Assembly: GCA_045543915.1 (NCBI GenBank)
Contig: JAZPXZ010000037.1
Location: forward strand, 5,665 to 69,664
Length of the DNA: 64,000 nucleotides
Origin: Wujia sp.
GTDB taxonomy: Bacteria; Bacillota; Clostridia; Lachnospirales; Lachnospiraceae
Direction of reading: 5' to 3'
A program made the translations under genes and the position numbers. The notes under the pieces were generated by a model. That model made no database searches, was not told the DNA's origin, and was given only the letters and a program-made list of their open reading frames with translations. Shown in pieces: positions 60,782-64,000 of this stretch (position 1 is its first letter; every line of letters starts with the position of its first letter).

Positions 60782-61878
60782 ACATTTTCCCACTCTTTAC
60801 TTAAATGTGATCTATGAGCAGCCTCAAACAATCTAAGGCCCTCTTCTGACTTTGATAACCCTAATACAAACTCTGATTCCATAGCACCATTAATCTTATA
60901 TTCTTCCAAGAGTCTATATATTTCCTGATAGTAGTTAGCGAAGGCCTCTATAAATCCAGATGGATGTCCAGGTTTAAATCTCTCTCCATATGTATCATCC
61001 ACCAAGCTTCTATCCATAATACTAACCTGACCCATTTCATTACATTGTATCAGCTTCTCTGGTTCCATCTGATTCCAGCAAGCAGAGCCTTTTTCTCCAT
61101 AAACCCTTATATTTAGGCCATTTCTGTTACCTAATGCAACCTTTGAAAACCACATATGAACTGACATATCATTGGTGTATTCTATCAGCGCTGATACATC
61201 ATCCACTATATTATCAAAGAAACCATCTCTTCGCTCTGTGGCCAATACCTTAATAGGGGTCTCTTTTGTGAGAAATGCTATCATATTGTGCAAGTGGCTT
61301 CCCAAGTCTAATGAAATAGTGGGTACAACATAATCTTTTAATCTCCACTCCTGAGGATGGGGTTTTTTCTTATCCTTTCCCAATCTTATAAACCCTTCCT
61401 GAGGCATTTCAATTACAATCTTATTAATCTTGCCAAGGGCTCCGGATTGTATTTGTGATTTCAAATAATGCATCATAGGATACCCTGTATAATTAAATGT
61501 TACACAGCAAAATCCCTTCGACTTATCAACTGCGTCTATTATATCTCTGCATTCCTGAGAGCTCATCGCAAGAGATTTTTCGGAAATAACAGGAATATTA
61601 TGTTCTAAGCAAGCTTTTATAGCATCGCAATGAGTAGATGTAGGCAAAAGTACTGCAACTGCATCTAGATTATCTTTTTCTTTATCCAGCATATCCTCAT
61701 AATTCGAATAAACATGTTCCGGATTAACACCATATTTTTCGCCAGTTTCTTTATTCACTTTCTCATCTCTACTAAAGCAACCCGCCACTAGTTTGAACTT
61801 ATTATCCATTGTGCTGGCACAAAAATGAGTATTTCCTATAGCTGAATTTACTCCACCACCTATAAATCCAATGTTCAT
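60778..61878 (-). CDS. Gfo/Idh/MocA-family oxidoreductase
   Basis: IGFIGGG Rossmann, VISEKSLA, DLGSH. Confidence 0.85.
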   Translation of the reverse strand: MNIGFIGGGVNSAIGNTHFCASTMDNKFKLVAGCFSRDEKVNKETGEKYGVNPEHVYSNYEDMLDKEKDNLDAVAVLLPTSTHCDAIKACLEHNIPVISEKSLAMSSQECRDIIDAVDKSKGFCCVTFNYTGYPMMHYLKSQIQSGALGKINKIVIEMPQEGFIRLGKDKKKPHPQEWRLKDYVVPTISLDLGSHLHNMIAFLTKETPIKVLATERRDGFFDNIVDDVSALIEYTNDMSVHMWFSKVALGNRNGLNIRVYGEKGSACWNQMEPEKLIQCNEMGQVSIMDRSLVDDTYGERFKPGHPSGFIEAFANYYQEIYRLLEEYKINGAMESEFVLGLSKSEEGLRLFEAAHRSHLSKEWENV

Positions 61879-61888
61879 ACCTATCCCC

Positions 61889-63085
61889 CTATTCTATAAA
61901 TGTAAATCTTAGCTTCCCTTTTATATTTTTCGCTACTTCTCTCATTTCTTCAGCTGTGTTAAATTTTAAAAATAGCACTCCACATTTATATATCTGTCCT
62001 TTTTCGATTTTGTGCCCCTCTTCTAGGTGCACATCTGATTCTACAATATATTTTTTAATGGTTTCATCTATTTCAAGGCCAATCACTATACCTTCCTGTG
62101 TACATGCAACCACCTGTCTTAACCAGTTCTCAGCCTCCAACCCCTGAGTAGCTACATCTATAGGCAATCCCGACTCACTTCTAACAATAAGCTTTGGATA
62201 ATTTACCCCAGTAGCTTTCTGTGCAAACTTAATGTATAAATCACCGGGACTTCTCCTACAAACCTCTAAAATGGTAGGTATACCATCTGCACTAAGTATA
62301 AACTGAATATGAACTAGTCCATCCACCAGATTTAATTCTCTGGACATGGTTTCTGTATCACAAATTAATTGTTGAAGGGCGCTTTGAGGTACACCACTTG
62401 GTGTAAATGCTGCCGACACAGCGTACTCATTATAATCATGCACCTCTTCGTCCACTATGTAGCAAATTACCTTTTTATCCTTTATTATTACGGAAAAACC
62501 GTGGTTAGTGCCCTCCAGGAACTCTTCTATAACCACCTTAGGCTCCCTTGTCACTTCTTCCACCTTTTTTATGGCAGTTTCAACTTCCCTTGCCGATTCA
62601 CATCTACTTATACCCATGCCGCTAAATAAATCCACTGGTTTGACCAATACCGGAAAGGAAAGATTACTTAATTTGTCCAAATCTGATTTACTTGTATATG
62701 TTATTGCTTTAGGAGATTTTATACCAACTCTCTGGGCAAATTTTCTATACATATCCTTGTGGTGTAAAATCTTCGCCACCTCATAGGAATCATGTCCTGG
62801 CAATCCCAATTTTTCACAGGCATAAGCCGTAGCCAAATACGAGAAATCCGTACAGCCTGAACATATAGCATTAACCTCTTTTTCTTTGGCAAGATCATAT
62901 ATTGCATCACCATCAGAATAATCGGCTGGCACATACTCGTCTGCCAGTTTATGTCCCGGAGCCTTTCCGTTCATTCCTGTTGTTATTACATAAAACCCTT
63001 CTTCTTTGGCTGCATCAATAAGTGGAATCTCTGAATATCCAGCATTTAAAATTAGTATTTTCTTCTTTGTTACTTTATCTTCCAT
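61889..63085 (-). CDS. ATP-grasp domain protein (second)
   Basis: VLVKPVDLFSGMGI, VIEEFLEG, ILEVCRRSPG. Confidence 0.82.
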   Translation of the reverse strand: MEDKVTKKKILILNAGYSEIPLIDAAKEEGFYVITTGMNGKAPGHKLADEYVPADYSDGDAIYDLAKEKEVNAICSGCTDFSYLATAYACEKLGLPGHDSYEVAKILHHKDMYRKFAQRVGIKSPKAITYTSKSDLDKLSNLSFPVLVKPVDLFSGMGISRCESAREVETAIKKVEEVTREPKVVIEEFLEGTNHGFSVIIKDKKVICYIVDEEVHDYNEYAVSAAFTPSGVPQSALQQLICDTETMSRELNLVDGLVHIQFILSADGIPTILEVCRRSPGDLYIKFAQKATGVNYPKLIVRSESGLPIDVATQGLEAENWLRQVVACTQEGIVIGLEIDETIKKYIVESDVHLEEGHKIEKGQIYKCGVLFLKFNTAEEMREVAKNIKGKLRFTFIE

Positions 63086-64000
63086 AAAATTCTTTCACCT
63101 TATTTGCTATATAAACTGCTTCCTCATCTTCCAACGCATAGAACATAGGAAGTCTAAGTAATCTGTCACTCTCTGCTGTAGTATATTTATCTTCTCCAAC
63201 AAATTCCCCATATTTTACACCCGCCTTTGCAGAGTGTAATGGAACATAATGAAATACTGCTTTTATTCCGTTATTCATTAAATAGTCAATCAATGCCGTA
63301 CGCTCATCTAAATCCTTTGCTTTTATATAAAACATATGTGCATTATGTTCACAATGTTCTGGAATAAATGGAAGCTCAATCAAACCGTCAGCTTTCAAGC
63401 TTTTTAGTTCATTGTAATATATATCCCATATTCTAAGTCTTTTGTTATTAATCTCGTCTGCTATTTCTAATTGTGGCATAAGATATGCAGCATTCATTTC
63501 ACTTGGAAGATAAGAGGAGCCCATATCAACCCAACTATATTTATCAACTTCTCCTCGGAAGAACTTTGCTCTGTTGGTACCTTTTTCCCTGATAATTTCT
63601 GCTCGCTCAATATGTTTCTCATTATTTATAATACAAAGACCACCTTCACCCATAGTATAATTTTTAGTCTCATGAAAACTATAGGCCCCGAAATCTCCTA
63701 TGGTACCCAACGCCTTTCCCTTATATGTAGACATCATACCTTGGGCAGCATCTTCTATAACATACAGGTTATATTTCTTGGCTAAGGCCATTATCTCATC
63801 CATCTCGCAGGATACTCCGGCATAATGAACCGGTACTATTGCTCTTGTTCTTTCTGTTATGGCCTGCTCTATTAAGGTCTCGTCTATATTCATTGTATCT
63901 TTTCTAATATCTACAAATTTTACTTTAGCACCACGCAAAACAAAAGCGTCTGCAGTTGATACAAATGTAAATGAAGGCATAATAACTTCATCTCCAGGAC
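63075..64000 (-). CDS. wecE: dTDP-4-amino-4,6-dideoxygalactose transaminase (5' end beyond the window)
   Basis: PGDEVIMPSFTFVSTA, VPVHYAGV, VIEDAAQG, SFHETKNYTMGEGG, EKGTNR..FFRG.VDKY.W, GSSYLPSE. Confidence 0.9.
   Translation of the reverse strand, partial: PGDEVIMPSFTFVSTADAFVLRGAKVKFVDIRKDTMNIDETLIEQAITERTRAIVPVHYAGVSCEMDEIMALAKKYNLYVIEDAAQGMMSTYKGKALGTIGDFGAYSFHETKNYTMGEGGLCIINNEKHIERAEIIREKGTNRAKFFRGEVDKYSWVDMGSSYLPSEMNAAYLMPQLEIADEINNKRLRIWDIYYNELKSLKADGLIELPFIPEHCEHNAHMFYIKAKDLDERTALIDYLMNNGIKAVFHYVPLHSAKAGVKYGEFVGEDKYTTAESDRLLRLPMFYALEDEEAVYIANKVKEFYGR

Overview
Chromosomal segment of a low-GC Firmicute. Gene content and protein style point to Lachnospiraceae or a related Clostridia (inference). 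Housekeeping blocks: partial dnaX; trmL/aminotransferase/Lrp; tmk-yaaR-holB-yaaT-methyltransferase-rsmI; a complete F1Fo operon whose c subunit has the Na+-binding signature; sua5; rpiB. Accessory blocks: a Gram-positive Tad/Flp pilus operon (4325-12882), two large repeat-rich secreted or surface proteins, three tandem ChW-repeat enzymes (two transglutaminase-like, one GH5), and the start of an AT-rich glycosylation island (about 50900 to the window end). I saw no rRNA, tRNA, CRISPR array, transposase or integrase. The strongest unexplained signals are non-coding. (1) A 167-bp segment flanked by perfect 13-bp inverted repeats lies between the Tad promoter and the first Tad gene, and would present a terminator only if inverted (candidate phase-variation switch). 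(2) A dispersed ~120-bp palindromic element with compensatory base changes occurs at three convergent gene junctions. (3) A 22-bp G.U-biased RNA helix sits inside the Tad operon. (4) A candidate sRNA with its own promoter and terminator follows the atp operon. (5) A second repeat family lies between atpG and atpD. All functional calls come from reading motifs by eye; no searches were run.
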